In this document: positions 47,309 to 56,160 of the stretch, in pieces
How positions within the stretch are numbered: the first letter of the stretch is position 1
Layout: the number at the start of each line of letters is the position of its first letter
Origin: an uncultured archaeon
GTDB taxonomy: Archaea; Thermoproteota; Nitrososphaeria; Nitrososphaerales; Gagatemarchaeaceae
Reading direction: 5' to 3'
Length of the DNA stretch: 64,000 bases
Assembly (NCBI GenBank): GCA_963817525.1
Contig: CAWFOU010000007.1
Location: forward strand, 448,001-512,000
Program-made: the position numbers and the translations under genes
The notes under the pieces: model-generated
What the model was told of the DNA's origin: nothing
Seen by the model: the letters and a program-made list of their open reading frames with translations, nothing else
Database searches by the model: none

Positions 47309-48034
47309 GTGCCCTCATCTCCGAAGTTGGAGACCGCCGAGCAGCCGACCAAGCTCTCCGACCTTTTCTCAAAGTGCTCCGAACTCTCGGCCGAGGAGGA
47401 GAGACAGATGGGCAAGTTCGTCTGCGCGGTGATACCCGTGCTGGGGTTCCTCGGCGAGCCGGTCTCCCTGAGGCCTCAGTCGCTGGGCGGCTACTTCCTG
47501 GGCTTCAAGAGCGTCACCCTGGGAGAGGGGGCGACGGTCACGATGACCGACCCCGAGGGGAGGGTCTCCTCGAAGCAGCTCGCGACCTTCGAGACGGAGG
47601 AGCGCCTGGCAATCCTCGAAGAGTCGCTCCCGGAGCTCCAGAGGCTCGTGTCCGAGAAGAGGCGCATCGGGGAGGCCAGGCCCGCGCTGTCCGTGAGGGT
47701 GGCGCTGGGCGGGAAGCGCTTCATCGTCGACATGAGGAGCTACAGGGTGGTGGTGGCGAACGTGAGAAGCGACTGCCTGGGCGTCCGCTTCTCGACGCGG
47801 CTCTCGGGGGGTAGGAAAAAGTCCTCGCGCCCCTGCGACGTGGGCCGTGGTCAGGAGGTGGAGGTCGACCTCGGGGTCGCGAAGGAGGTCGGCGAGGCAG
47901 GGCGGCTGGAGATAGAGGTCGAGTGCAAGGACGCCGACGGGCGCGAGCTCTTCGGGAGGGGATCGGTGAGGGTCGACGGTGACTCTCAACTGGTAGTCCT
48001 GGGCCCCAAGGCCCGCATGGCGCAGGTCCTTTAG
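47309..48034 (+). CDS. Hypothetical protein
   Basis: 241-aa ORF with host codon bias. Confidence 0.65.
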   Translation: MPSSPKLETAEQPTKLSDLFSKCSELSAEEERQMGKFVCAVIPVLGFLGEPVSLRPQSLGGYFLGFKSVTLGEGATVTMTDPEGRVSSKQLATFETEERLAILEESLPELQRLVSEKRRIGEARPALSVRVALGGKRFIVDMRSYRVVVANVRSDCLGVRFSTRLSGGRKKSSRPCDVGRGQEVEVDLGVAKEVGEAGRLEIEVECKDADGRELFGRGSVRVDGDSQLVVLGPKARMAQVL

Positions 48035-48507
48035 ATTATCACGAGCTCGAGCCCGGCCTCCTTCATGAGGCGGACGCCCAGCTGGTCGGGGTAGGAGCTG
48101 GAGGCGACGACCTTCTTGATGCCCGCGTTGATTATCATCTTCGAGCAGTAGGTGCACGGTGAGTGGGTCGAATAGAGGGTGCACCCGGCCGTGGGGATCC
48201 CGTTCTTCGCCGCCTGGACGATGGCATTCTCCTCGCTATGGCAGCACGAACAATTTCCAAGATCCTGTCCGGACTTTAGCCTGCCCTCCTTCACCGCGAG
48301 GCACCTGGCGCACCCTCCCTCGTCGCAGTGTCTCGTCCCCGCCGGGGTCCCGTTGTATCCCGTGGAGACGATCTGCCTGCCGCTCACCAGGACGGCCCCC
48401 TTGGCGGAGGAAAGGCACGTGGAGCGGGACTTTACCACGTTGGCCACCTGCATGAAGTACTCGTCCCAGGAGGGGCGCTCTTGCTTCTTCTCCGAGGTCT
48501 TCGGCAT
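48031..48507 (-). CDS. dCMP/cytidine deaminase family protein (ComEB-like)
   Basis: ATG 48507; RPSWDEYFM, RSTC, TGYNG, HSEENAI, PCTYC. Confidence 0.93.
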   Translation of the reverse strand: MPKTSEKKQERPSWDEYFMQVANVVKSRSTCLSSAKGAVLVSGRQIVSTGYNGTPAGTRHCDEGGCARCLAVKEGRLKSGQDLGNCSCCHSEENAIVQAAKNGIPTAGCTLYSTHSPCTYCSKMIINAGIKKVVASSSYPDQLGVRLMKEAGLELVII

Positions 48508-48551
48508 CGAATCTGGCGTCGGGCTCGTCCTAAGAAAAGGCTTCGGGTCGC

Positions 48552-48945
48552 TTAGACGACCTTGCACCGCATCGCCGACCAGTCGTCGTCTATGGCGATA
48601 AGGGCGACGGTCTCGAGCCCCACGCCCGTGGCGTACTCCCTTATCGAGTCGCGGTTGACGTCGCTCTTCATCTTTGAGGTCCCCTTCGGGTAGGTGGGCC
48701 AAATCATCCCGCCGGGGTTGAGGACCGCCTTGGCGATTGAGAGCGGCCTCCATCTCCTTCTTCGTGGTCGCGAAGACCTGGACCGCGCCCGCCTTGCCCC
48801 CCGCCTTCGTGGCCAGAATCACGCCCTCCGGGAGCGAGCCTAGCGCGTCCTTGTAGCCTGGCGGGGCGCCGAGCAGTAAGAACCTCTGCCCGGGTTTGAG
48901 CGCGAGCTTCTTGGAGACGGGCTTGCTGCTGCGCTGCGCAGCCAC
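48552..48945 (-). pseudogene. DUF3052-like protein frameshifted near 48740
   Basis: KKL.LKPG...LGAP in one frame, then IAKAVLNPGGMIWPTYPKGTSKMKSDVNRD...IAIDDDWSAMR in another. Restoring one TC in GCTCTC joins them. Confidence 0.75.
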
Positions 48946-49003
48946 GCAGGGCGCCGCGCCCTTTTGCGCGTTTCGGTTCCTGCAACTTTATCTTCCTCTT
49001 CGT

Positions 49004-50113
49004 GTGGCGCAGCCTCCGGCCTTGCCCAAAGCACCGATCGCGTCCGGCCTCCCCGTCAAGATCAACAGGAAGACGCCGCCTCCCGCCCTCCAGCCCTTCA
49101 CCGACTACTTCAAAGGGTTCGAGAAGGTCGCGGCGGTCAGGAAGGTCTTCGGGAAGGACACCGAGAAGGTCCTCGCGAGGCTGAAGATAGGCTTCATCTC
49201 CAACAGGCGGATGTACATGGGGATAAGGGACGAAGACGGGAACGTCGCGGTCGGTACCTACCACCTGAGGCACAGCACGGACAGCGTGCTGTATCTCGAC
49301 GTCGTCCATGAGCTCTTCCACATCGGGCAGTGGACGCGCGACAAGGAGTGGTTCACCAATGAGCACGAGAAGTTCATGGGCGACTTCTCCCTCTATTACT
49401 CCAGCCCGCTCGAGGTGCCCGCGTACGTCCACACCGTGAGGGAGGCGGAGCGGCTGGGGATGACCAGGAAGGAGATAGCAGAGTATCTCAAGATGATGCC
49501 CGTCCCGCAGAAGGTCTGGAATCGCTTTCTCAAGGAGATGGAAATCAAGCCGCTCACCGGTGCCGAGGCGGGCAAGGCCCGGAAGAGCGCGAAGCTCCCC
49601 ATCAAGATCAATAGGAACCCCAAGCTCGTCCTCCGCAGGTTCACCGACTACTTCCAGGGGTTCGAGGACGCCGTGCCCGTCCAGTCCCTCTTCGGGGATG
49701 GCGCGAAGAAGGCCCTGAGCGGCCTCAAGGTAGAGTTCCTGGAGAGCCCCTTCGGCTCGATATTCCCTAGCGAGGAGGACGGCCACCTCGTGGTCAACAC
49801 GGACTTTGTCAAGGAAGCCGACGTGGAGTCGATCTACCTCGACGTGATACTCTGCTTGAACTTCATCAGGTGGGCGGCGGAGACAGGCCCGGCTGCGCTG
49901 GGCCCCGAAGAAGGCGAGTTCGGCGAGAGCCCCCTCGTGCTCGACTCCTACAAGGCGATGGTGGCGGAGGCGAGGAGGTTAGGGATCCCGGAGGCGAAGA
50001 TCCGGGAGAGGCTCAAGCTCCCGGAGTTCATGATGAGCGAGCCGGCCTTCAAGAAGTTCGTGGCCGACCTCGGGCTCGGCCCCGCGGCGCAGGCCCCCAG
50101 TGAAAGAGCGTAG
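49004..50113 (+). CDS. Tandem two-domain zincin-like protein
   Basis: Repeat 1 has LYLDVVHELFH...PLE..AY; repeat 2 has IYLDVILCLNF. Both begin LP.KINR....L..FTDYF.GFE. Confidence 0.75.
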   Translation: MAQPPALPKAPIASGLPVKINRKTPPPALQPFTDYFKGFEKVAAVRKVFGKDTEKVLARLKIGFISNRRMYMGIRDEDGNVAVGTYHLRHSTDSVLYLDVVHELFHIGQWTRDKEWFTNEHEKFMGDFSLYYSSPLEVPAYVHTVREAERLGMTRKEIAEYLKMMPVPQKVWNRFLKEMEIKPLTGAEAGKARKSAKLPIKINRNPKLVLRRFTDYFQGFEDAVPVQSLFGDGAKKALSGLKVEFLESPFGSIFPSEEDGHLVVNTDFVKEADVESIYLDVILCLNFIRWAAETGPAALGPEEGEFGESPLVLDSYKAMVAEARRLGIPEAKIRERLKLPEFMMSEPAFKKFVADLGLGPAAQAPSERA

Positions 50114-50193
50114 CCCCCGCTCGCGCCGCATGGATTCCGGGTAAGTATTGCTGGTGCGCAACCGCTTATTATGCGCACGGGCCTTCAAGGCGT

Positions 50194-50370
50194 GTGAGCC
50201 AAATCTGCGGCAAGGCCCTGGTCGGCCAGTCTTGGCACGTCCACCACTGCGTCCAGGAGAAGGCCGAGCTCCACGCCCAGAGCCACTCATGCCCGTGCGG
50301 GCACGAGTGGACGAACGAGGAGCAGCTCACGCTCGCGCCTTACCTGAAGATCTTCGCTGAAGCCGGGTAA
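50194..50370 (+). CDS. 58-aa Cys/His-rich peptide (not in ORF track)
   Basis: GTG start: SQICGKALVGQSWHVHHCVQEKAELHAQSHSCPCGHEWTNEEQLTLAPYLKIFAEAG; CTTATTAT box at 50166-50173. Confidence 0.6.
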   Translation: MSQICGKALVGQSWHVHHCVQEKAELHAQSHSCPCGHEWTNEEQLTLAPYLKIFAEAG

Positions 50371-50441
50371 AGCCCGCTCGGGGCGGCCGGGAGGAGCAGA
50401 AGGCAGGAATAAATAGATGGGTCTGCTTAATCGGCGCTGGG

Positions 50442-51067
50442 ATCAGAACGAAGAGTGGCGAGAAGCTGCTCCTTTCTGTAGCGGTCGCAGTCCTGCTCGC
50501 GGGCAGCGCTTTCGATCTCTACGAGTTCAACACGCAGGGCACAACGGCCACGACAAGCAGCTCCGGCGTCGCGCGCAGCGCCAGTAGCTCTATCGGTGGG
50601 GCTGCGACCTGGGTCGTGTCCGGCTACGCCACGGGGACGAACGTCAGCAGCCAGGTCGACACGTTCTTCACCTCCAGCGCTTGTTTTCAGCCGAACGGGG
50701 GGGAGGAGGCTTTGAGCTTCGGGTGGCCGCCGACTCCACGAACGCGACAGTAAGCGGGGAAGTCATCAACGCCGTCGACCAGACCCAGTGCATCCCTCAG
50801 GGCGGGGCCCCTGAGACGCAGTTGGTCTACATCGACAAGTTCTCGATAGGACAAGGAGGATGGCTCATGCCGATCTTCCCGTCCGACGCTATCGTGAGCG
50901 GCCCCCTGAACTTCACCGTCAGCTACCAAGGGGCGACCTATTATTTCATGGTCAAGGTCCCGTATCCGCCCCTCGGGACCAACTGCGTGACGCTTCACGT
51001 GCCCTCAGGCGTGGTGACGACCGCGACAGCCATGGACGGGGCAGGCTCATACTGCTTCCAGGGCTAG
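50442..51067 (+). pseudogene. Secreted protein frameshifted at a G7 tract (50697-50703)
   Basis: The frame from 50442 encodes a TM segment plus Ser/Thr linker up to CFQPNG. The ORF-track frame continues GGFELRV...CFQG. One extra G joins them. Confidence 0.65.
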
Positions 51068-51126
51068 CCGACGAGAACAAAGGTTGAAAGGCGGACCGGT
51101 CATGTCCGCTCAGGGCGTATTCCGTC

Positions 51127-51777
51127 TTGTTCTACTACAAGGGAGGGAAGATGGTCGTGGCCTCGCGCAACACCGACCTCCACGGGAACGGGGAGGCGAT
51201 AAGGGGCGAGCTGGGTAAGCGCATCCCGCGCGGGAGGAGGCTCAAGGTCCTCGACGTCGGGACGGGGTTCGGGATCAACGTCGCCTTCCTGGCCAAGTGG
51301 CTCTACAAGGGGAGCGAGGTCTGGACCGTCGACCCCTCGATGGAGGTCCTCGCGAATGTCAGGGCGGCGCTGGACGAGGAGAGCGCCCGGCTGGTGAGGT
51401 TCGCCATGGCCACAGCGGACGACCTCGATTTCGAGGACGGGTTCTTCGACGTCGTGGTCTCGGTGATGGTGCTCCACCACATCGAGAAGCTCGAGCCGGC
51501 ACTCAGGGAGATGGCCAGGGTGCTGAAGCCCGGCGGGAGGCTGCTCGTCATCGATTACAAGCCGGAGGCGTCGCACGAGCTGCAGTTCCAGACGAGGCAC
51601 GAGGAGGCGGACTTCTTCAAGCCGGCAGCGGTCGCGGAGGGCGTCGGGAGGCTCGGGATGAAGGGGAGGGAGAAGGACTTTGGGCTGTGGTATCTGGTGG
51701 AGGCGAGGAAGGGGAGGCCTAGTCCGCCTCGACCCTCGGCGCGGACTGGCCGCGCGAAAGCACGAGCGGGAAGATGA
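51127..51777 (+). CDS. Class I SAM-dependent methyltransferase (UbiE-like)
   Basis: VLDVGTGFG, VDPS, L.FEDGFFDVV, LHH, RVLKPGG. Confidence 0.92.
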   Translation: MFYYKGGKMVVASRNTDLHGNGEAIRGELGKRIPRGRRLKVLDVGTGFGINVAFLAKWLYKGSEVWTVDPSMEVLANVRAALDEESARLVRFAMATADDLDFEDGFFDVVVSVMVLHHIEKLEPALREMARVLKPGGRLLVIDYKPEASHELQFQTRHEEADFFKPAAVAEGVGRLGMKGREKDFGLWYLVEARKGRPSPPRPSARTGRAKARAGR

Positions 51778-52951
51778 ACAGCACGGTGTACAGACCCCCG
51801 GTGAGCCAGGCCAGCGAGTATCCCCACCCCACCACCACGAACGAGAAGAGGTAGGGCGCCCAGAAGCTGAAGAGGAGCTGGATGGAGTTGACCCAGCTCA
51901 GGGCTACCGCCCTCTGAGTCCTCGACGTGGAGGTGTGCCACGCGGTCCCGAAGGCGAACGTGTAGCCCACCCCGCTCGCGAGGCCCACGGTCACGGCGGA
52001 GGCGAGGACGGCCAGAGGCGTGGCGAGCGAGGCCAGGGCCACTCCTATCGCTATCGCCAGGCCCGCGGCCGCGAGGACGAGCTTTACCCTCTTGACCCGG
52101 TTGTGGAAGTGCCCGGCGAGGGGCGCGGTGAAGAGGCCGGAGAGGATGACGAGGCTCCCGATCGCGCCGGAGGCCCCCGCCGAGACGCCCAGGCTGTCGT
52201 GAAGGTAGACCTCGACGAAGGTGGCGTCGAGCGTGTTCCCGATGTTGTAGGCGAGCAGGACGCAGCCGACCAGGAGGAGCCACCTGTCGAGGAGCAATCG
52301 CCTGAGGTCGGGGAGGTTGACTTTGAAGCCCTCCGTGGGGCCGTCGGAGGGCACGTTGAGCACGAGGAAGAAGGTCGCGGCCAGCCCGAGCCCGCCTATG
52401 AGAGCCAGGCTGAGCCTCCACCCGAAAGAGTCCCCGATTATCGCCCAGGCGAAGAGCCCTATCCCTCCGCCGAGCGACGCGACCGCGTTGTTGAGCCCGA
52501 GGACGAAGCCCGCCCGCCCGGCGCGGGAGAAGCGCGTCATCAGCGCGATGCTCGGGGGGAAGAAGAGGGCCATGCCCATCCCGCTGAAGAACCTCAGCAC
52601 GGCGATGAGGTCGATGCTCGAGGCGAGCGAGCAAAGGAGCGCTGACCCCGAGAGGATGACCATCCCGACGACGCATATCCTCCTCGGGCCGAACTTCGCC
52701 GAGAGGAGGGCTCCCGGGACCTGGAAGAGGCCTATGCCCACGAGGAAAGCCGAGGAGATGAGCCCGAGACCTGAGACCTGCGCGTGGAGGTCGAGCGCTA
52801 TCAGGTAGAAGATGGGCGGTATCGAGAACCAGTTAATCGAGTAGAAGAGCCTGTTTCCCAGGACGATTCCGACGGCTAGGCGGTTCTGAGTCTCTTCGAC
52901 CAAATCGGTGGGGCCTGGGTGCGGCTCCTCCGCCGGTGCATCTATAGGCAT
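51719..52951 (-). CDS. MFS transporter
   Basis: About 12 TM segments, G.LS.KFG.R, LRFFSGMG. Confidence 0.9.
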   Translation of the reverse strand: MPIDAPAEEPHPGPTDLVEETQNRLAVGIVLGNRLFYSINWFSIPPIFYLIALDLHAQVSGLGLISSAFLVGIGLFQVPGALLSAKFGPRRICVVGMVILSGSALLCSLASSIDLIAVLRFFSGMGMALFFPPSIALMTRFSRAGRAGFVLGLNNAVASLGGGIGLFAWAIIGDSFGWRLSLALIGGLGLAATFFLVLNVPSDGPTEGFKVNLPDLRRLLLDRWLLLVGCVLLAYNIGNTLDATFVEVYLHDSLGVSAGASGAIGSLVILSGLFTAPLAGHFHNRVKRVKLVLAAAGLAIAIGVALASLATPLAVLASAVTVGLASGVGYTFAFGTAWHTSTSRTQRAVALSWVNSIQLLFSFWAPYLFSFVVVGWGYSLAWLTGGLYTVLFIFPLVLSRGQSAPRVEAD

Positions 52952-53039
52952 TAGGAAGCCGGACTCGAAAGAAGCCGACCCCGGGGCGGATGTTGCGCTC
53001 CGCCCCGGGCGCTTCGAGCTAAGGTGGGTTCTACTGGGC

Positions 53040-53381
53040 CTAGCTTCCTACGACCATCGCGCGCATGGCCTGGACGGCCTCGCTGTCCTGGTCGGCCGCC
53101 GACTGGAAAGACTGGAGGGGAGACACGCTCCACCTCACCGCTCCCCAGAACGGGAGGCTCCTGAGAAGCCTTCCGACCTCGGCGTGCGAGTCGACGTCGA
53201 CTATGAATGCGGTCTCCCTCGCCCCGGCGGTGACGCCCCCGAGGATGCTCTTCTCCTCGGCCAGCTTCGAGAGCGCCTCGAGGCTAGGCTTGATCACCTG
53301 CTTGCTGAACATGGCCGACTCTTCGGGCGACTTGCCCGAGAGCGTCTCTTCGATGAATTCGCCTTTGACGAGGTAGTGCAT
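53040..53381 (-). CDS. Muconolactone-isomerase-like dimeric alpha/beta barrel protein
   Basis: MHYLV...FIVDVDSH.EV..LL.SLPFW....W.VSPL. Confidence 0.6.
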   Translation of the reverse strand: MHYLVKGEFIEETLSGKSPEESAMFSKQVIKPSLEALSKLAEEKSILGGVTAGARETAFIVDVDSHAEVGRLLRSLPFWGAVRWSVSPLQSFQSAADQDSEAVQAMRAMVVGS

Positions 53382-53493
53382 TTGAGAGTCAATGGCAGGG
53401 GTTTGCATTTACGCCTTGGCGACGTTGCCTTCGTCGGGGCAGGGGAGCGACTGTGGGCTATTGGACGCGCCGGGCGCCACGGAGAATCAGTAG

Positions 53494-54027
53494 CTAGAGC
53501 ACCATCCACTTTATGCTGCAACCGAAGGGCCTCGTGTCCGCGACCCTCACTTCCCTCCCGGCCAGGAGGTCGTCGAGCGCGTTCCTCAGGTCGGGGCTCT
53601 TCGCCTGGTTGGGGTCCCTCGAGTCGTCTATCCTCCCCCTGTAGCGGAGCCTCCTCTCCTTGTCGAAGGCGAAGACGTGTGGGGTGCAGACCGCCCCGTA
53701 GGCCTCGGCGGCCTTCTGGGTGGCGTCCCTGACGTAGGGGAAGTTGAAGCCCTTGTCCTTCGCCCTCTTGACCATCTCAGGGTACCCGTCCTCGGGGTAG
53801 GACTTGTCGTCGTTGGAGTTGATCCCGACGAGCTGGACGCCCCTAGCGTGGTAGTCCCTCTGGATGGCCACCTCCCTGTCCTCGTAGGCCACAGCGTAGG
53901 GGCAGTGGTTGCACGTGAACACGACCACGAGCACCGGCTTGGCGTCGAAGGAGCTCAGCGAGTACCTCTTGCCGTCCGCCCCCTGGAGGTCCCGAAAGTC
54001 GGGCGCCTTCGCCCCCAGCTCTAGCAT
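53494..54027 (-). CDS. Thioredoxin-fold redoxin (AhpC/TSA-like)
   Basis: G.KAPDF, FTCNHCPY, INSND, AVCTP, YRGRIDD, GCSIKW. Confidence 0.93.
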   Translation of the reverse strand: MLELGAKAPDFRDLQGADGKRYSLSSFDAKPVLVVVFTCNHCPYAVAYEDREVAIQRDYHARGVQLVGINSNDDKSYPEDGYPEMVKRAKDKGFNFPYVRDATQKAAEAYGAVCTPHVFAFDKERRLRYRGRIDDSRDPNQAKSPDLRNALDDLLAGREVRVADTRPFGCSIKWMVL

Positions 54028-54076
54028 GGGGGCGATCAGGCTCCGGCCGGACTTTAACCTTGCCGTCGGGGCGGGG

Positions 54077-54724
54077 TCAGAAGCCTATGGGCTCGCGGAC
54101 GATGACCATGGTGACGCGCCCTGGCCAGTCCCCGTTCATCGTCAGGACCTTCAGGAGCGCGCTGGGCATCCCGTACTTCTCCCTCGCCCTGATGTCCTCC
54201 TTGGGGTAGGCGTAGAACTGCACCCTCTTCATGGCGGTGTCGATGTCGGGCACCACCTTCTGAGAGCCCACGACCCAGATCACCCTGCCCGCCCCATAGA
54301 CGTACGCGCCGAGCTGGCTGCCGCTCGCGGAAGCCGCGACCACCCTCCCGTCCTCGGTGACCGCGTGGACGCTGCCCACGACCACGTCGGGGGCAGACCC
54401 GAGCCTCCTCATCTCCGCCCTCTGTGTGTTCCTGTCCATCTTCTCGAGCTGCGGGCGTATGGCGTTGAACTTGCCTGACCTGTTGATGTCCTCGTCGAGG
54501 CCTGAGAGCCTCACCGTCTCGCTGGAGGCCGTCAGTATCGACTGGTCATTCGGGAGGACGGAGTTTACGTACGCGCGGGCTTCGGCCGGGGTGTCGAAGA
54601 CCTCGACGGCGAAGTTGTGCGCCCTGAGGGCCTTTACGGCCCTCTGGATGCTCTCCTCGGATGCCGGCCGTGCGAACGACTCGTCTATCGGGATTCCGAA
54701 CTGGGTCTGCTCAGTGGTCGTCAT
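54077..54724 (-). CDS. LUD-domain (lactate utilisation LutC/YkgG-like) protein
   Basis: GSVHAVTEDG...S.SG, VIWVVG.QKVV.D...A..R. Confidence 0.8.
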   Translation of the reverse strand: MTTTEQTQFGIPIDESFARPASEESIQRAVKALRAHNFAVEVFDTPAEARAYVNSVLPNDQSILTASSETVRLSGLDEDINRSGKFNAIRPQLEKMDRNTQRAEMRRLGSAPDVVVGSVHAVTEDGRVVAASASGSQLGAYVYGAGRVIWVVGSQKVVPDIDTAMKRVQFYAYPKEDIRAREKYGMPSALLKVLTMNGDWPGRVTMVIVREPIGF

Positions 54725-54869
54725 TTAATATCGGATACCCCATATTGCATACCCAATAATAAGCCTATTGGCGCGCCCGGGCCAGGTTTCACATAGACTC
54801 TATAGCCCACCGACAAGTATAGAGGAATCTTCGACTCGGTTCATTAGCTCGAACCCTATCCGAGGGCCC

Positions 54870-55319
54870 ATGCCTCGCGTCAGGGACCTCATGAACGTCG
54901 ACATCCCCCTGACGACGATGAACACGCCGGTCAGCGACGCAGCCAGGCTGATGAGGGCGTCCGACAAGGACAGCTTGATAGTCTTCGACCTCGGGAGGGC
55001 GATCGGGATAGTCACCGAGAGGGACATCATCAGGAAGATCACCGCGGAGGGGCTAGACGCCATGCACGTCCACGTGGCAGAGATCGTGTCGTCCCCGCTC
55101 ATCACCATCCACCCCGACAAGTCCGCGAGGCAGGCCGCGAAGCTCATGCTCGACAAAAAGATCAGGCACCTGCCCGTGGTGAAGGAGGACAGGCTCATCG
55201 GGATGATCACGCTGGCGGACTTTGCCAAGCACATGAGCAAGAAGGGCGTGAAGGACGGGATCATAGAGTCGATGGGGAAGGATGCCGACCAGCCCCTGGC
55301 CATGATGCAGCCGGGCTAG
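54870..55319 (+). CDS. CBS-pair protein
   Basis: ATG 54870; RVRDLM, GIVTERDI, SSPLITI, IRHLPVV, GMITLAD. Confidence 0.9.
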   Translation: MPRVRDLMNVDIPLTTMNTPVSDAARLMRASDKDSLIVFDLGRAIGIVTERDIIRKITAEGLDAMHVHVAEIVSSPLITIHPDKSARQAAKLMLDKKIRHLPVVKEDRLIGMITLADFAKHMSKKGVKDGIIESMGKDADQPLAMMQPG

Positions 55320-55370
55320 GCGCACGACGGCCAAATTCTAAATATCCCACGCTTCTTCGCCAAGCCGAAG

Positions 55371-56096
55371 ATGAAGTTCTCGAGGAGGGGCCTCAGCCAG
55401 CTAGGCGAGATAGGGGTCGTCGCCCTGGTGATCATCGTCGTGGTGGCCGCCTACTTCTTCGTCCCGCCGCTCATCAAGGGGAGCGCGTCGACGACGACTA
55501 CTAGCATCGGAGGCCCGAACCCCATAGCGGACCAGAGCCAGCAGATATTCCCGCTCGTCACGAACTTCAAGGACATGACGCTAGTCGAGGACATCAACGA
55601 CGTGGCCGCCGGGTACGTGCAGAACACGACCTACGCCTTCACCGTGCTGGGCAAGGGCACACTGAACTCCACCCAGTACACCAGGGTAGAGTTCTCCACC
55701 TACGGAGAGACCCATTTCACAGTCGCCTGGTACAACTCGACGGGGGGGCTCGGCCGGCTGGACATCATCGGGCTCAGGAACTACACCGGGAGCGGCCTGG
55801 TCAACCTCCCCTACATCCAGACGTACATCAACGCCTTCTACGTCCTCATCTCCGTTACCAACAACGCCACGCTCAACGCGCACCTCACGAGGACGTCCCA
55901 GAGCGCCACGAGCATAGGCGACACCAAGGTCAACCTCTCGACGTACACCCTGGCGGAGCGGACACCCGTCCTCTCCAAGGTCACTGAGGAGGTCGCGTCG
56001 ATCCCGGGGACCAACATCGTGATGATGGTCTACCTCAACGAGAAGCTGAGCGACGGGTCGACCTACCTCTTCCAGGTCACGAGCCTCAAGCGGTGA
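55371..56096 (+). CDS. Secreted protein with class III signal peptide
   Basis: SRRG/LSQLGE plus hydrophobic helix; beta-rich body. Confidence 0.7.
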   Translation: MKFSRRGLSQLGEIGVVALVIIVVVAAYFFVPPLIKGSASTTTTSIGGPNPIADQSQQIFPLVTNFKDMTLVEDINDVAAGYVQNTTYAFTVLGKGTLNSTQYTRVEFSTYGETHFTVAWYNSTGGLGRLDIIGLRNYTGSGLVNLPYIQTYINAFYVLISVTNNATLNAHLTRTSQSATSIGDTKVNLSTYTLAERTPVLSKVTEEVASIPGTNIVMMVYLNEKLSDGSTYLFQVTSLKR

Positions 56097-56119
56097 GGGC
56101 GCCAAGGCGGGCTCCCTTC

Positions 56120-56132
56120 AATAATTATATAG
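56120..56132 (+). promoter_or_regulatory. TATA box of the Ku-ligase-PolX operon
   Basis: AATAATTATATAG ends 28 nt before ATG 56161. Confidence 0.6.
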
Positions 56133-56160
56133 TCGCCTGCCTGATTTTGGTCCGGCCGCC

